Below, piece by piece: positions 1 to 11,200 of a DNA stretch of 64,000 nt. Position 1 is the stretch's first letter, and every line of letters begins with the position of its first letter. The translations under genes and the position numbers were made by a program. This stretch comes from Bdellovibrionales bacterium (lineage in GTDB: Bacteria; Bdellovibrionota; Bdellovibrionia; Bdellovibrionales; JAUICD01), in contig OZ253553.1 in NCBI GenBank assembly GCA_965262715.1, forward strand, positions 288,001-352,000, in the 5' to 3' direction. The notes under the pieces were generated by a model. That model ran no database searches. It worked only from the letters and a program-made list of their open reading frames with translations, and had not been told where the DNA came from.

Positions 1-1
1 A

Positions 2-850
2 AATACTTTTTATGCTGATAGCGCATCTGCTTTGCACATAAAAGAAGCCGTTAAAACAATGCCTGTGATGTCTGATAAAAGAATGGTGATTTTAAAGGGT
101 GCCTGTAGCTTTAAACAAATCAACCAACTACAATCTTTTATAGAAAAGCCTATCTCTTCTTGTGTTTTGGTTTTTACAGATAACAAAATCAATCAGAGGA
201 TGAAGTTTTTTAAAATCTTATCTCAAACAGGGGCCATTGTTAAATGTTCAGCTCTTAAAGATCACCAACTTATTGCATGGATTCAGAAAGTTGTATCTGA
301 TCAACAAAAATCAATAGATACAAAAGCCTGCGCATTCTTGTTACAAAGAGTTGGGTCTTCTATGTTGGACTTGCACAATGAAATCACAAAGCTGATGCAA
401 TATATAGGGGAATCTCCATCTATTACAGTAGAAGATATCAAAAAGGTCGTTTCAAAACAGCATACAGAATCAGTCTTTGATTTAGTAAATGCTTTAGGAT
501 CATCTAAGTCATTAATTCTTTTAAAATCCCTTATTTATCAAGGGCAAAATGAAGTTTTGATTTTGACGATGCTGGCCAGACAAATTCGCATTCTCATTTT
601 AATTAAAGAGGCGCAGCTAGAAAATCTTTCTTCTACACAAATTTGTCAAAAAGTAGGAATTTCTTCTTACTTTTTAAATTCCTACATTCGTCAGAGCCAG
701 TCTTGGAATTTCACACAGCTTTATGAATTTCACACACTCCTTTTAGAAACAGACAGGTTACTTAAAAGCACTTCTATTTCTAAATCACTTCTTATGGAAA
801 ATTGCCTGTTAAAAGCTTTTCAAATTAGAAATCATAATCATTATAGATAG
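2..850 (+). CDS. holA: DNA polymerase III subunit delta (5' end outside window)
   Basis: Frame open from base 2; HolA-like motifs (LHNEITKL, SVFDLVNA, LARQIRIL, LLETDRLLKST). Confidence 0.85.
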   Translation, partial: NTFYADSASALHIKEAVKTMPVMSDKRMVILKGACSFKQINQLQSFIEKPISSCVLVFTDNKINQRMKFFKILSQTGAIVKCSALKDHQLIAWIQKVVSDQQKSIDTKACAFLLQRVGSSMLDLHNEITKLMQYIGESPSITVEDIKKVVSKQHTESVFDLVNALGSSKSLILLKSLIYQGQNEVLILTMLARQIRILILIKEAQLENLSSTQICQKVGISSYFLNSYIRQSQSWNFTQLYEFHTLLLETDRLLKSTSISKSLLMENCLLKAFQIRNHNHYR

Positions 851-1033
851 TCTTTAGTCTATAGATATCTAATGTCATATTTATTTTAATTTGAGATAGT
901 TTATTAAACCTCATCTAAGACCCTAAACTGTTTATTTTAGGCTTAAGGTAAGTGGATTTTTAATCATAATTGAAATAAATTGTAAGTAGTTGTTAGTAAA
1001 TAAAATGATTAAGCTATATAGAAGGAAGTTAGA

Positions 1034-2293
1034 TTGAAGTATTTTTCACAGACACAACTCATTCAACACATTTTATTTTTTTTATTTATTGGTTTTTTAG
1101 CAATAAGTTGCAGACAGGATCCTTTATCAGGTCTTCCAAAATCTGTTAAAGATAGACTTAGTATGCTCTCTGATGTTGAATTCAAAAGAAAAAGTTTAGA
1201 CTTACAAGTTAAAGAAGTTTCTAGTACTTTTGGTCGTATTTTAGCAGATGATTTTTGGCAGGCTTCTCTAGATAAAGAATTTGAAATGGTGCTGACTGCA
1301 AAGATTTTTTTAGATGAAGATCAATTTTATGATTTTAATGTGGAACTAGAAGATCCTGTATTTGAAAATGAAGACTATTCTTTAATCCAAATTCCAAACG
1401 AAGCTGAAAACAAAAATGAAAAAAAGTACCTTTTTAAGTGGGATCCTAGTGAAAACTTTCTTTTAAATTATTTTGAAAAATGTATTCCCATCACATTTAA
1501 ACTGCAAACTTTTGGAGGTTTTGTTTTAGAAAGAACAGATGCATTCACACTTTTTGTTACCAATAAGTCGCAATTGCCCGTACTTCAAGTTGTTGATATG
1601 TCCAAAGAAATAAAAGAAAATGACGAGGGAGTCATGACAGTTCATGTTTTCGATCCTCAGGCAACTGCAGCAAACCCTCCTGTTTTGATATTGAATGAAG
1701 TTGATTTTGGTGAAAATATTTTAGAAGAAGAAAGACCAAGAGATTTGAACCAGCTAGTTCATTTTTTGAAAAAGGAAAAAATAGATGCAAATATATGGGA
1801 ATTTCAGTACCGTTTGACATCAAGTGCTCTGGGTGCAGGTTTAGATCGCGTGACTTATGCTCTTGAAATGGTTGCCTCTTCTGTCAGCGGCGTTTCTGAT
1901 GCGCATCAAGTCACAGCCACTGTTTTTAATCGTGTTTTAATACCTAAGGTGATAGGTCCTTCAGAGGTTACGCTCTATGTAGGTAAGACTTCTTCTGTTT
2001 TTATTCAAGTTCTAGATCCTCTAGCCAGCGGAACCCTATCAAGCCGCCTTTTAAATGTAGAAGGGGATTTACCTGGTGAAGTGATGTTTAACTATGATAT
2101 CACACCCGAGGGTATGCTTGTTTCTCTATCTTTGTCTGTTCCTGAAGATGCGGATACATCTCAAAAATATAAGGCCTCTATTGAAATCTTAAATGAAGGT
2201 GTAGAAAACTCACAAACAGTTTTAGATAGCGTGGTTCATGATATATCAATAGAAGTAGCTTCATCGGAAAGTAATGTGACACCACTCAAATAG
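1034..2293 (+). CDS. Hypothetical lipoprotein, beta-rich
   Basis: 419-aa ORF with hydrophobic N-terminus ending in lipobox-like LAISC. Confidence 0.6.
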   Translation: MKYFSQTQLIQHILFFLFIGFLAISCRQDPLSGLPKSVKDRLSMLSDVEFKRKSLDLQVKEVSSTFGRILADDFWQASLDKEFEMVLTAKIFLDEDQFYDFNVELEDPVFENEDYSLIQIPNEAENKNEKKYLFKWDPSENFLLNYFEKCIPITFKLQTFGGFVLERTDAFTLFVTNKSQLPVLQVVDMSKEIKENDEGVMTVHVFDPQATAANPPVLILNEVDFGENILEEERPRDLNQLVHFLKKEKIDANIWEFQYRLTSSALGAGLDRVTYALEMVASSVSGVSDAHQVTATVFNRVLIPKVIGPSEVTLYVGKTSSVFIQVLDPLASGTLSSRLLNVEGDLPGEVMFNYDITPEGMLVSLSLSVPEDADTSQKYKASIEILNEGVENSQTVLDSVVHDISIEVASSESNVTPLK

Positions 2294-2309
2294 AGGTGGT
2301 CTCATCATG

Positions 2310-3269
2310 TTATAAAGAATATTCTATGATGACAAAAAATTCGTCAAGTCCTTCTAAAAAACTTTCAGATCCCATAACAGACACTAAGAGTGGTGGAAGA
2401 AGAGTTCTTTCGATGTCAGAAGGCGGCCGATGAGGCAATAGAGCAAAGATAAAAGCAGCATTTCCACGATTAAGACTTATTTGATCAAATGTTTGCAGGT
2501 TCTCTATACGTCTAGCATTTGCTTCTACACCTTCCAAAAGAGCAATTTCAATATTTGATTGCAGCATGACACTGGCTTCAGAAATCTCATTAACTGTGAC
2601 TTCCATCAAGATGCCAATTTGTCCGAAAGTCTCATCTTCAGTTCTTATGGAAAACTCTCTATTTTGAGGAGATGGTGATGCAGGTACTTGCCATGAGCTT
2701 TGTATGAGTATGTTTTTATTCTCATTTGGTATGGACCCAAAAGAACCTGCAAAATCAGAAATAATGCCGTATTGCCCTGATTGAAGCTCTGCTGTTTGAA
2801 GTGAGGTGATATCACTAGGCATCACAAGAAAATAAGCTTTGATGACACCTGATGAAAAAGCATCTATTTTAGCCTCATCCTCAGAGGCGTCTTTCTTGTT
2901 TTTAGTCTTATCTTCATCAATTTCTTCTGATATAAAAGCATTTTGAGAAAACAAACTTGGAGGTTTTCTAGTTTCTTGTGATATTTCTAATTCTTCTTCG
3001 AGTTTTTGAGGAGGCATGCTATCTATTGCCGTGTAATCCAGATTGGAAGGAGATATACTTCCATCTTCCTCAAAATGAATTAAGACTTTTTTATAAGCAA
3101 AGAAAGTCGTGACAAGAACGACACAGCATAGCAAAACAATATAGAAACTCGTGCTTTCAGTTACTTTTTGGAGAAAAGAACGGTTTTGTGGTATGTTCAT
3201 ATCGATACCACATTTTGCGCAAAAAATATCCTTTGGCTGTTGAAATTTGCAGTTTGGGCAAGTGACCAT
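2310..3269 (-). CDS. Membrane-anchored hypothetical protein with N-terminal zinc ribbon
   Basis: CPNC...CAKC followed by one TM helix; start moved to the ATG of MVTCPNC. Confidence 0.6.
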   Translation of the reverse strand: MVTCPNCKFQQPKDIFCAKCGIDMNIPQNRSFLQKVTESTSFYIVLLCCVVLVTTFFAYKKVLIHFEEDGSISPSNLDYTAIDSMPPQKLEEELEISQETRKPPSLFSQNAFISEEIDEDKTKNKKDASEDEAKIDAFSSGVIKAYFLVMPSDITSLQTAELQSGQYGIISDFAGSFGSIPNENKNILIQSSWQVPASPSPQNREFSIRTEDETFGQIGILMEVTVNEISEASVMLQSNIEIALLEGVEANARRIENLQTFDQISLNRGNAAFIFALLPHRPPSDIERTLLPPLLVSVMGSESFLEGLDEFFVIIEYSL

Positions 3270-3573
3270 CAGATATATATAACTCCAAAGGCATTGTATA
3301 GCCAATTAATTATAGAACAAATCATTAAAAAAAGCACTAAAAATACTGACTTTAGATGGGTTTTAGAACCTTTATTTTAAACCAATCTTTTGCGTAAACC
3401 AGATGTATATCATGAAATTATTATGAGGATTCAAGTAAATACCTAAACTTACAATGGAATCTCTGAGATTCTAAAGCCAAATATTCGTTATATCCATTTT
3501 AAGATTCCTCGTAGGAGAAGTTTATAAAAGCCCTGATTCTGACGATAAGTGAAATACTAAGAAGGGTTTTATA

Positions 3574-5082
3574 GTGTATAGATGGACAAAATTTTATAGA
3601 TGTAAGGTCAGTCAAAAGCCGAAGATTTATCAAGTTCTTATTTTATTAACACTTTTCCCTACTTTAGAGACTACCTTTGCTGACTCTAATATCTCCAATA
3701 TAGAAACTACAACTGTATTTGGTAATAATTGCTCTTCAAGTTATAATAATGCATTTAAAAATATTCAGAATATCATCTATCAAGAAGACTTTGAGATACA
3801 GCAAGAGCTTGTTTATGAAGCTTGTGCAGTTTCTTGTTATAAAAAAGAAAAGTGTTATGACAACACTTATCTCCAAGATAGATTAAGCCCTAGTTATGAA
3901 AATCAAGAACTCAATAGGTCACTAGATCCAAGATGTACTTATCGTGTTTTAAAAATCGCTGGAAATTCATCAGGTGGTTTTTTAGATTGTGATTCTTTTA
4001 ATGATAATAACCCTCAAGTAAGACGTCGATCTGAAAAACCTTGTTTTTCAAAGCGTCTTCATCATGCTATCCATCAATCAATTACAGAAATATCTTCTTG
4101 TTTTAGAATAGACCCTAAACTTTTTTTTTCAATCATGGCTAGAGAAAGCAAGCTTCACCCTCTTGCAAAAAACTCAACATCTAGCGCAACAGGTGTAGGA
4201 CAACTTGTTTCAACATATATTGACCAGTACAGTAATCAATCACAACGCATCACCTTCGATACTCTTAAAAGAGAGGTATTGCCTGCTTTAAGTCGTCAGA
4301 ATAGAGATTGTCGTACTGTTCAAGATAAAATAAGTCGATTTTCTAAGCTTGAAGAAAGACCTATTTGTCAAAGAACCAATCATTATGTAAATATGATTTA
4401 TACAATGATGGGTTTGATGGATAGCATAAGCCGGTTAACTCCTCTTGTTATAAAAGGACAGAGAGGGTCATTTAGAATATCAGAAGATTCACCTTTTCAT
4501 AACTTGATCAGCGAATATGAATATAACTTAGATCAAAAAGATGCAGAAAATACTAGAATTCAAAGTGCCTTGACAGCTGCAAATCAAGGAGATGGAGAAT
4601 ATCGTATTCGCGCGCAAACTCCTGAGCAAAAAGCCAGAGAAGTACAAAGATTGCAATCTCATCTTCAACATAGTGATAATGAGGTAAGAGGTTTAAGAGA
4701 GAAAAAATATTTCTTTGAAAACTTAGCTAGGTTTCAAGAACTCAACGTGGATGACAGAAACTTAGTCTCAGAGTTGTCTATTTATTCGCATATGCTACCA
4801 CGTACAACAGAGTTATTTCAAACTTATGTTGACGATAGACGTTCTTTGGCATTTGAAGACTTTACTGGGCTTAATGGTCAGTGGGTCAACTTTCTTAGTG
4901 CAGGTGGAATAAGAAGGCAGATGGGTGTTGGGAAGAGACTACAAGACTATTTTATAGAATTTGTTTACAGTCCAGGAGAGAGTTCACCAGGCAGTTCACC
5001 TAGTGCATCTATGATGCATGGACTACTTAACCGTATTGAACAACAAGAGCCGGATATTTCACATAGATGCAGACCTTACTAA
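3574..5082 (+). CDS. Secreted lytic transglycosylase (SLT-like) domain protein
   Basis: IMARESKLHPLAKNSTSSATGVGQLV matches SLT motifs I/II (catalytic ES, AxGxxQL); signal-peptide-like N-terminus; start uncertain. Confidence 0.65.
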   Translation: MYRWTKFYRCKVSQKPKIYQVLILLTLFPTLETTFADSNISNIETTTVFGNNCSSSYNNAFKNIQNIIYQEDFEIQQELVYEACAVSCYKKEKCYDNTYLQDRLSPSYENQELNRSLDPRCTYRVLKIAGNSSGGFLDCDSFNDNNPQVRRRSEKPCFSKRLHHAIHQSITEISSCFRIDPKLFFSIMARESKLHPLAKNSTSSATGVGQLVSTYIDQYSNQSQRITFDTLKREVLPALSRQNRDCRTVQDKISRFSKLEERPICQRTNHYVNMIYTMMGLMDSISRLTPLVIKGQRGSFRISEDSPFHNLISEYEYNLDQKDAENTRIQSALTAANQGDGEYRIRAQTPEQKAREVQRLQSHLQHSDNEVRGLREKKYFFENLARFQELNVDDRNLVSELSIYSHMLPRTTELFQTYVDDRRSLAFEDFTGLNGQWVNFLSAGGIRRQMGVGKRLQDYFIEFVYSPGESSPGSSPSASMMHGLLNRIEQQEPDISHRCRPY

Positions 5083-5113
5083 GTAACTCGTTACTAAGTA
5101 ACTCGTTACTAAG
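5076..5113. repeat. 15-bp tandem repeat (TTACTAAGTAACTCG) x2.5 overlapping the SLT gene stop codon
   Basis: Directly visible. Confidence 0.9.
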
Positions 5114-5159
5114 CAGATCGTTTTTCTAAAAAAGTTAATTTAAAGAGAGTTAATTAATT

Positions 5160-5561
5160 ATGTGGAAAAAAGTATTTATTGTATTCTTTTTAGGATTTGT
5201 TAGTTATGCTTATAGTCAAGAGAGCTTAACTGAAGATGTTGCAATGACTGATCAAAGCTTGCAAGCAGAACCTAATTTTGAAGATCGTGTTCGTATTATC
5301 AATGAATTTGTTGAGAAAGCTTCTCAGAGACGAGAGAAGCTTATAAAACAAAGAAGAAGGACAGATGAAGAGATTTTAGTTTTATTTCATATTAATATTC
5401 TTCGAAGTTTTCATAACGAATTAGACACAAGCAGTTCTTCTAATTGTACAAGAAGTCTAGGTAATGCAAAGGCGACCCTTTATCCAAATAGATTTCAAGA
5501 AGTAATGCTTCCTTTTGAACAGTCTATATACAATGTGTATAAAAAAACATGTGCTCTTTAA
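5160..5561 (+). CDS. Secreted hypothetical protein
   Basis: Signal peptide MWKKVFIVFFLGFVSYAYS. Confidence 0.65.
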   Translation: MWKKVFIVFFLGFVSYAYSQESLTEDVAMTDQSLQAEPNFEDRVRIINEFVEKASQRREKLIKQRRRTDEEILVLFHINILRSFHNELDTSSSSNCTRSLGNAKATLYPNRFQEVMLPFEQSIYNVYKKTCAL

Positions 5562-5690
5562 CCATCTTATAATTGCTTTACCAAATTCTTGAGAATATTT
5601 TAGCCGAGATGAGTTAAATTACTTGAAGCCATCCTAAAATGTAGAATTGGTCTTAAAAATGCTATGTCTATTATTTGAACTTACCTTTTG

Positions 5691-5887
5691 CAAGATAGCA
5701 TATTGAATTTACAAATTACATTTTATCAAGTTTTTATTTTAATCCAGCAGTTGGGCAAGCAAGAATGCAGGCAAATTGCATCTGTTATCAGTAATGTTAA
5801 CCTTCTATGAAGATTAAAAAACATTTACCAGCTAACAGTTTAGCTCTGATACCATTGCCGGATTGCCTCGTCTGCTGAAATGCGAGA
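5691..5887. repeat. Dispersed element E, copy 1
   Basis: Similar to 45646-45763; GCAGTTGGGCAA...TTGCC(TCGT)CTGC stem. Confidence 0.6.
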
Positions 5888-6160
5888 TGTTCTATTTATG
5901 AATCATAATTATTCAATCAATTTGAAACGCTTTGAATAACATTTTCTTTATTTGAAACACCTTTCTTTAATTTGAAATATTTTTTTAACCTATATATATC
6001 TTATTGATACAGTATTGATAATTTTAATAGTTTCTTTTTATCACAGCTTAAGTTACAATAAGATGTGAGATAAATCATATACACTAAGGTGTTTGTACAG
6101 AACTTTTATTCATAACTCCAAATAATACCTTATTTTTTTTAATGTTATTTTTTTTGTTAA

Positions 6161-6210
6161 ACTTAAATTATCTTTGGGTTCTACAAATGTTTAAAACATG
6201 TAACTTTTCT
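6161..6210 (+). repeat. 50-bp target-site duplication, left copy
   Basis: Identical to 8167-8216. Confidence 0.95.
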
Positions 6211-8166
6211 CCTGAGTTTGACAGTTGCGAAAATAAAGTTAAGTTATTTTAGTTAGTTACAGTGGATGTGTGATTTTGTACCACTACATTTTGATTTTGT
6301 GGTAGAGATTTAAGAGATTGTTTGTAGGTCTAAGTAGATTCTACTTTAAGTTGTTTTGATGGGATCTTTGCTCCTATAGCTTTAAATACATCAGCATTGT
6401 TACCGTTAATATCTGTTCTGATCCAAAGTGTCTTATCCTTTACCCTCACAGGTATAGCTCGTACTTCTTTCAGCTTTGACATAGCTTCTGCCACACTCAA
6501 TGGCCTTGACTTTATTCTCTTGTCTGTAATTGCTTTATCTTTTAATGTGATGTTTCTCTGATGTAACTTCTTTGAAAAATAAGCCTCACATAAGTAAGAT
6601 AAAAAACACACAACTAAATGTCCTAAGATCCTCTTATCTGTCCAGTGGAACATAGGACGTGTCTTTAATGTACCTTTCAATTCTCTAAATGAATTCTCTA
6701 CCTTCCATAATTGCTTATAGTTCGTTATAATCTCTTCAGAACTTAAACTATCTGTATTTGTAATGATTCCAAAAAAACCATCTGTCCTCTCTGATTGTTC
6801 TATGGCTGACTTATTTAAAGTAGGCTTGCCTTTACTCTTAGGATGAATAATATACTTCTTATAATTGCTATTAGATACAAAATCCTTTGTGCTTGATGAC
6901 GATTTTGAAAGCTTATCTTCTAACTTAGATAGAATATCTTCTCTTACTTTCTTATCTCGTTCTGCTCTCTTTCTTGACCAGGTAATTATACAACGATTAT
7001 CATTATAACTCGTCTCGTATATAGCTAAATTTTCATTTATAAATTTAAAATTCTTTAAATTGTATATCTCTGCATGACGATCCTTTAATAAACCTAGCTT
7101 TAATCCTACTATAAATTCATCTCCCTTTGCTTTTACAGATTGTAAATTCTCATTAGAAAATAAACCTCTATCTCCTACTAATATAAATCTTCTGATCTTA
7201 AACTTCTTTTTTAGTTTCTCCATAACTGAAGGTATGGTTTTACCTTCAAAGGTATTTCCAGGATAAACATCAAAGCCTAAGGGCATACCTTCTCTATCTA
7301 CTAAAAGTCCAAATACCACCTGGGTACAATCACTCCTCTTCTCTTTGCTATAACCAAATCTTCGAAGATTATCTAAATCCTCTCGGGTACTCTCAAATCT
7401 CAATGTCGTTAAATCATACAAAATAACATCACACTCATTGAAAAAACTTAACTGAGACTTACCTTGTGTATAAAGAGTCTTCTCTATATCTTCCTTATGC
7501 TTACTTAGAATATCTAAAGAACGATAAATGTCTTGAAGATGAAGCTCCTCTTCTAAAAAATCAGGGTAAAATAACTTCTGCCAGTGTGAAAATACTTTAA
7601 GCTTAGAACATGGCTCTACAAAACGGCTTATAACCAATGTAAAAATAATCTTAACAAAATCAAATTGTACTTTAGGGTGCTTTTGTTTTAAATCTGTTAA
7701 TAATTCATAGAGATTTAATTGTTTGAAAATAGCATCTATTATAAGTAAGGGACCTAATATAAAAGTGTCTTTAACATCAATCTCTTTTAATAACTTACTA
7801 GCAGGAATTATCTCTAACTCTTTAGATAATACTTCTAGAAGCTTCTTCAAGTTAACTTCCTTATCCGCGGCTTTACCTAAAGACATTAGAATCCTTTGCT
7901 TCACTTGAGAACCTAATCTGTAGCTCTCAACAAGATGATAATATATGTCTCCTCTCGGATTTCTTGTAGACCTTATGAACATAAAAATACATTACAAGAA
8001 AAATATAAAAAATAAAAGAAAATAAGGTATATGACGCGTAGTGTATGATAAATAAGTACACTACACTTTTTGACCAAAATACAAACACAATAACCGCTAA
8101 TGACTATAAATACAACATTCCTTGAAAAAAATATCACGAAAATTCAAATTAAGTGTCAAACTCAGG
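6211..8166 (-). mobile_element. IS1634-family insertion sequence (1956 bp)
   Basis: Perfect 13-bp TIR CCTGAGTTTGACA / TGTCAAACTCAGG; 50-bp flanking direct repeats; DDE transposase inside. Confidence 0.95.
6330..7982 (-). CDS. IS1634-family DDE transposase
   Basis: YDLTTLRFE, FGYSKEKRSD, VGDRG, YKQLWKVENSFRELK, RPMFHW motifs. Confidence 0.95.
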   Translation of the reverse strand: MFIRSTRNPRGDIYYHLVESYRLGSQVKQRILMSLGKAADKEVNLKKLLEVLSKELEIIPASKLLKEIDVKDTFILGPLLIIDAIFKQLNLYELLTDLKQKHPKVQFDFVKIIFTLVISRFVEPCSKLKVFSHWQKLFYPDFLEEELHLQDIYRSLDILSKHKEDIEKTLYTQGKSQLSFFNECDVILYDLTTLRFESTREDLDNLRRFGYSKEKRSDCTQVVFGLLVDREGMPLGFDVYPGNTFEGKTIPSVMEKLKKKFKIRRFILVGDRGLFSNENLQSVKAKGDEFIVGLKLGLLKDRHAEIYNLKNFKFINENLAIYETSYNDNRCIITWSRKRAERDKKVREDILSKLEDKLSKSSSSTKDFVSNSNYKKYIIHPKSKGKPTLNKSAIEQSERTDGFFGIITNTDSLSSEEIITNYKQLWKVENSFRELKGTLKTRPMFHWTDKRILGHLVVCFLSYLCEAYFSKKLHQRNITLKDKAITDKRIKSRPLSVAEAMSKLKEVRAIPVRVKDKTLWIRTDINGNNADVFKAIGAKIPSKQLKVEST

Positions 8167-8216
8167 ACTTAAATTATCTTTGGGTTCTACAAATGTTTAA
8201 AACATGTAACTTTTCT
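8167..8216 (+). repeat. 50-bp target-site duplication, right copy (contains ATG 8193)
   Basis: Identical to 6161-6210. Confidence 0.95.
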
Positions 8217-11200
8217 TCTTATCTTAGTTTAGGGACAAAGCGTTTCACTCATCGTGGCCAGCAGGGGATGATGTTAGTGGAGATTATTTTAATAGCCGTG
8301 TTTTTAGCGACTGTAGCAGTAGGGACCAGTTATTTTTTTACTCAAACAAAAGTCACTATGAGCTCTTCCTCTCAAGTTACACAGTGTGACACTATTGCAA
8401 AACAAGCCTTAGAAAGTGTTGTGTCTTTAGGAGCGCGTCTTTATGGATATAAAATTCACCATACAGGCACTGATCATTTTATATTTATGTATGAACCATT
8501 GTTTATTAAAGATGATGGTGGAGTTGTTAAGGATGTTGGCAGTGGTAGTGAGCTTTCTTTTCCTCCAGAGATGTACAATGAATTATATAAAAGCCTTGGC
8601 ATCACTCCTCCTACAGGAGACCCCCAATCAAATACAGGTAAGCCTCTTATTGGAGCTACTTATCCTTTTGACATATCTACGTCAACACTCATTGTGAATT
8701 CTGTGAATGCTCTTCAATATCTTTACAATTCAGATAATGGATTTTTTACAGAGAACAGTGGTGATGGTAAAATGTACACAGTTAATGGCATGAATAGTGG
8801 TAACATGTTTTCTATATTAGAGAAGTATGGAGATCAATTTGATTTAGAGAACCTAAAATTTTATATAAAAATATCTCCAATAAACTTACAAACAGAAAAG
8901 CCAATAGCATCTCCCCCCAGTAAGATTTTAACACGTCCTCGTTTTCATAATCCTCAAGGAGCGCAATTATCCCCAGCCTTAAATGTATTAGGTGATCCAG
9001 AAATTGGTTTTGAGATTACAATCATGTTGAAATACAATCGTAACGATCAAGGGTATAGATGTAATGCTTCTCATAGGTTTGCTCATCAGATAAAGCCAAT
9101 AACGGCAACGCTGTCAAAAGCTATTCATGCAGCTATGGTAGGCTTGACTACTGGAGCTGGCCAAGACCTTTTAACTAATTCAACCTTATTGTTGACCTCT
9201 TGTGACACTGATGGTGCTGGTTATGATGATATAACAGTCACAGTCAATTTTAATGGTATACAAGAAAGCCAGCAGATAGGCACAGTCATTTTATGTCAGA
9301 TGAACTCTTATTGCAGATCTTATGGAGATGCAAGTTACAATGGTTGTAATCCTCAGTTAGGTCGTTGGCAGAGATGTCATCATATTCAACCTACGGGTCC
9401 AGACCAGGATTGGAAATACGCATCGCAACTTACAAACCCTCAAGTTCTTGAGATGGAATTTAGTGATATGAAAACAGATAGAAGATATGAATTGAATGTT
9501 GGCGAATTTTCTATGGCAGGTCGCAATTTAAGAAAGAAGATGGTGTCCAGATTTTACATTGATGCTATTAGACCTACTATATCAAGTAGGAGTATTACTA
9601 ATGATGCAGTAGGTACTCCTGATGATGGTGGAGGAGGCCGTGATTACGATGGTCTTTTCACAAATTGGATAAAACCTGGAGATTCAACAAACAAATGGGT
9701 TCAGTGCAATCAAGACACAGTTGAGTTTTCAGCAAGTATAGAAGATCAATTCACTCATAATCTAGAAAAGTGTGAGCTTGAAGGGGAAAGAGAAGATGGA
9801 AACGGTACAGCTGCAACAAGTCCAACTTTAACTTCAGATTGCGGGGGAGAGCTGAGTGGAGTTCAGCAAGGCAGACAAACGATCACCTTCACTCCCAAGG
9901 ACACATGCGGAGGTACAAATACAAAAGACTTAGTATGGGATACAGATTTACCCAGTAAATTTGAGACTCATGACTTTCCAAATGACCCTGAGTGGCTCAA
10001 AAGTACAGATAAGGATGCTTATCTTATAAAAACAGTGCTTCCTGCAAAAGATACTGCAGGGGAACTTCCAAAGCACTATTCCGTAGATTGTAATGATAAT
10101 TTTATGGGCAGTAGAGCTAGAAAAGATGGTGATGGTGGTCAGTTGGATTGTAAGTTAGAGGGGAGCAAGCCTTATCATGATGATGGCTGCAATCCCATCC
10201 AATTTTCCACTAAATATCACCATGTTTGTGGTGGAACTGGATCCGGAGTTTGTAAAGACACAGAGTGGAGTGTTTATGTTCCTCACAAGCCTACGTGTAC
10301 AGGCCCATCATGCAAATGTACAAATGTGCAATGTGAACCTCAATTGATCTGCTGTGATGGGTTTAGGAATGAATGTGGGACTGTTGGAACAGATGAGTGT
10401 GAAACAAACTCATACCCAAACTCTTGCTCTAATCCCAAGGGGGGAGGTAGGACTCAACAGGATTCAGCATCCGGTTGTCCACCACTAGGCTTGTATGATT
10501 GCCATTATGACCTTCCTTGTAATTCGACATCTCCTTGTAGTGAGACAGGGCCAACATCTGCTTGTGTAGGGAGAAGGCAAGGAAATTCATGTAGTTACTC
10601 AAAAAGTGGAACATGTCAACCTACTGGTTCAACTGATCTCACTTGTGATACCTCTGGAACTTATACAATAGGGTGTGATAGTGGTTCTTGTACAGTCAGT
10701 TGTGCTCAAAGTTGCAGAACACCATGTTCACATACTTGTTACGATACTTGTTACAATACTTGTTCACAGCAACAATGTGACCTGAATGGGCTAAATTGTC
10801 AGACTGTATCAGTTCAGTGTAATCCTTATAACTGTAATCCTCATAGGTGCCATGCCTGTGATGTATATCAATATACTCCTACACCAAGAACTCATACTGT
10901 GAGTTTTAGTGGAGCATGTGGTGTCCCCAGTGGAGGTTGTCCTGATCTAGGTGTTGGTGGAGGGAATTTATCTTCGGAGCGGTGTGATGCTAGGCCAGCT
11001 TCATGTGCACTAGAATTAGGAGTGACACCACCTCCTTGTGATTCAACTGTGGAATGTTGTCCATCCACAGGTGATACTTTCCCCAGTAACTCGAATTGTC
11101 CATCTGATTGTGTCAAGGCAAATGGAAAGGCTTGTTGTCTAGTATCAGAAGGAGGAGATTGCACAGGGCAATTCTGTGCTACTAACTGTGCAAGTTCAGG

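Noticed and set aside
8100..8192. N-terminal 31 aa of the 1829-aa ORF
   Set aside because: Derived from the IS end and the duplicated leader; the native start is 8193
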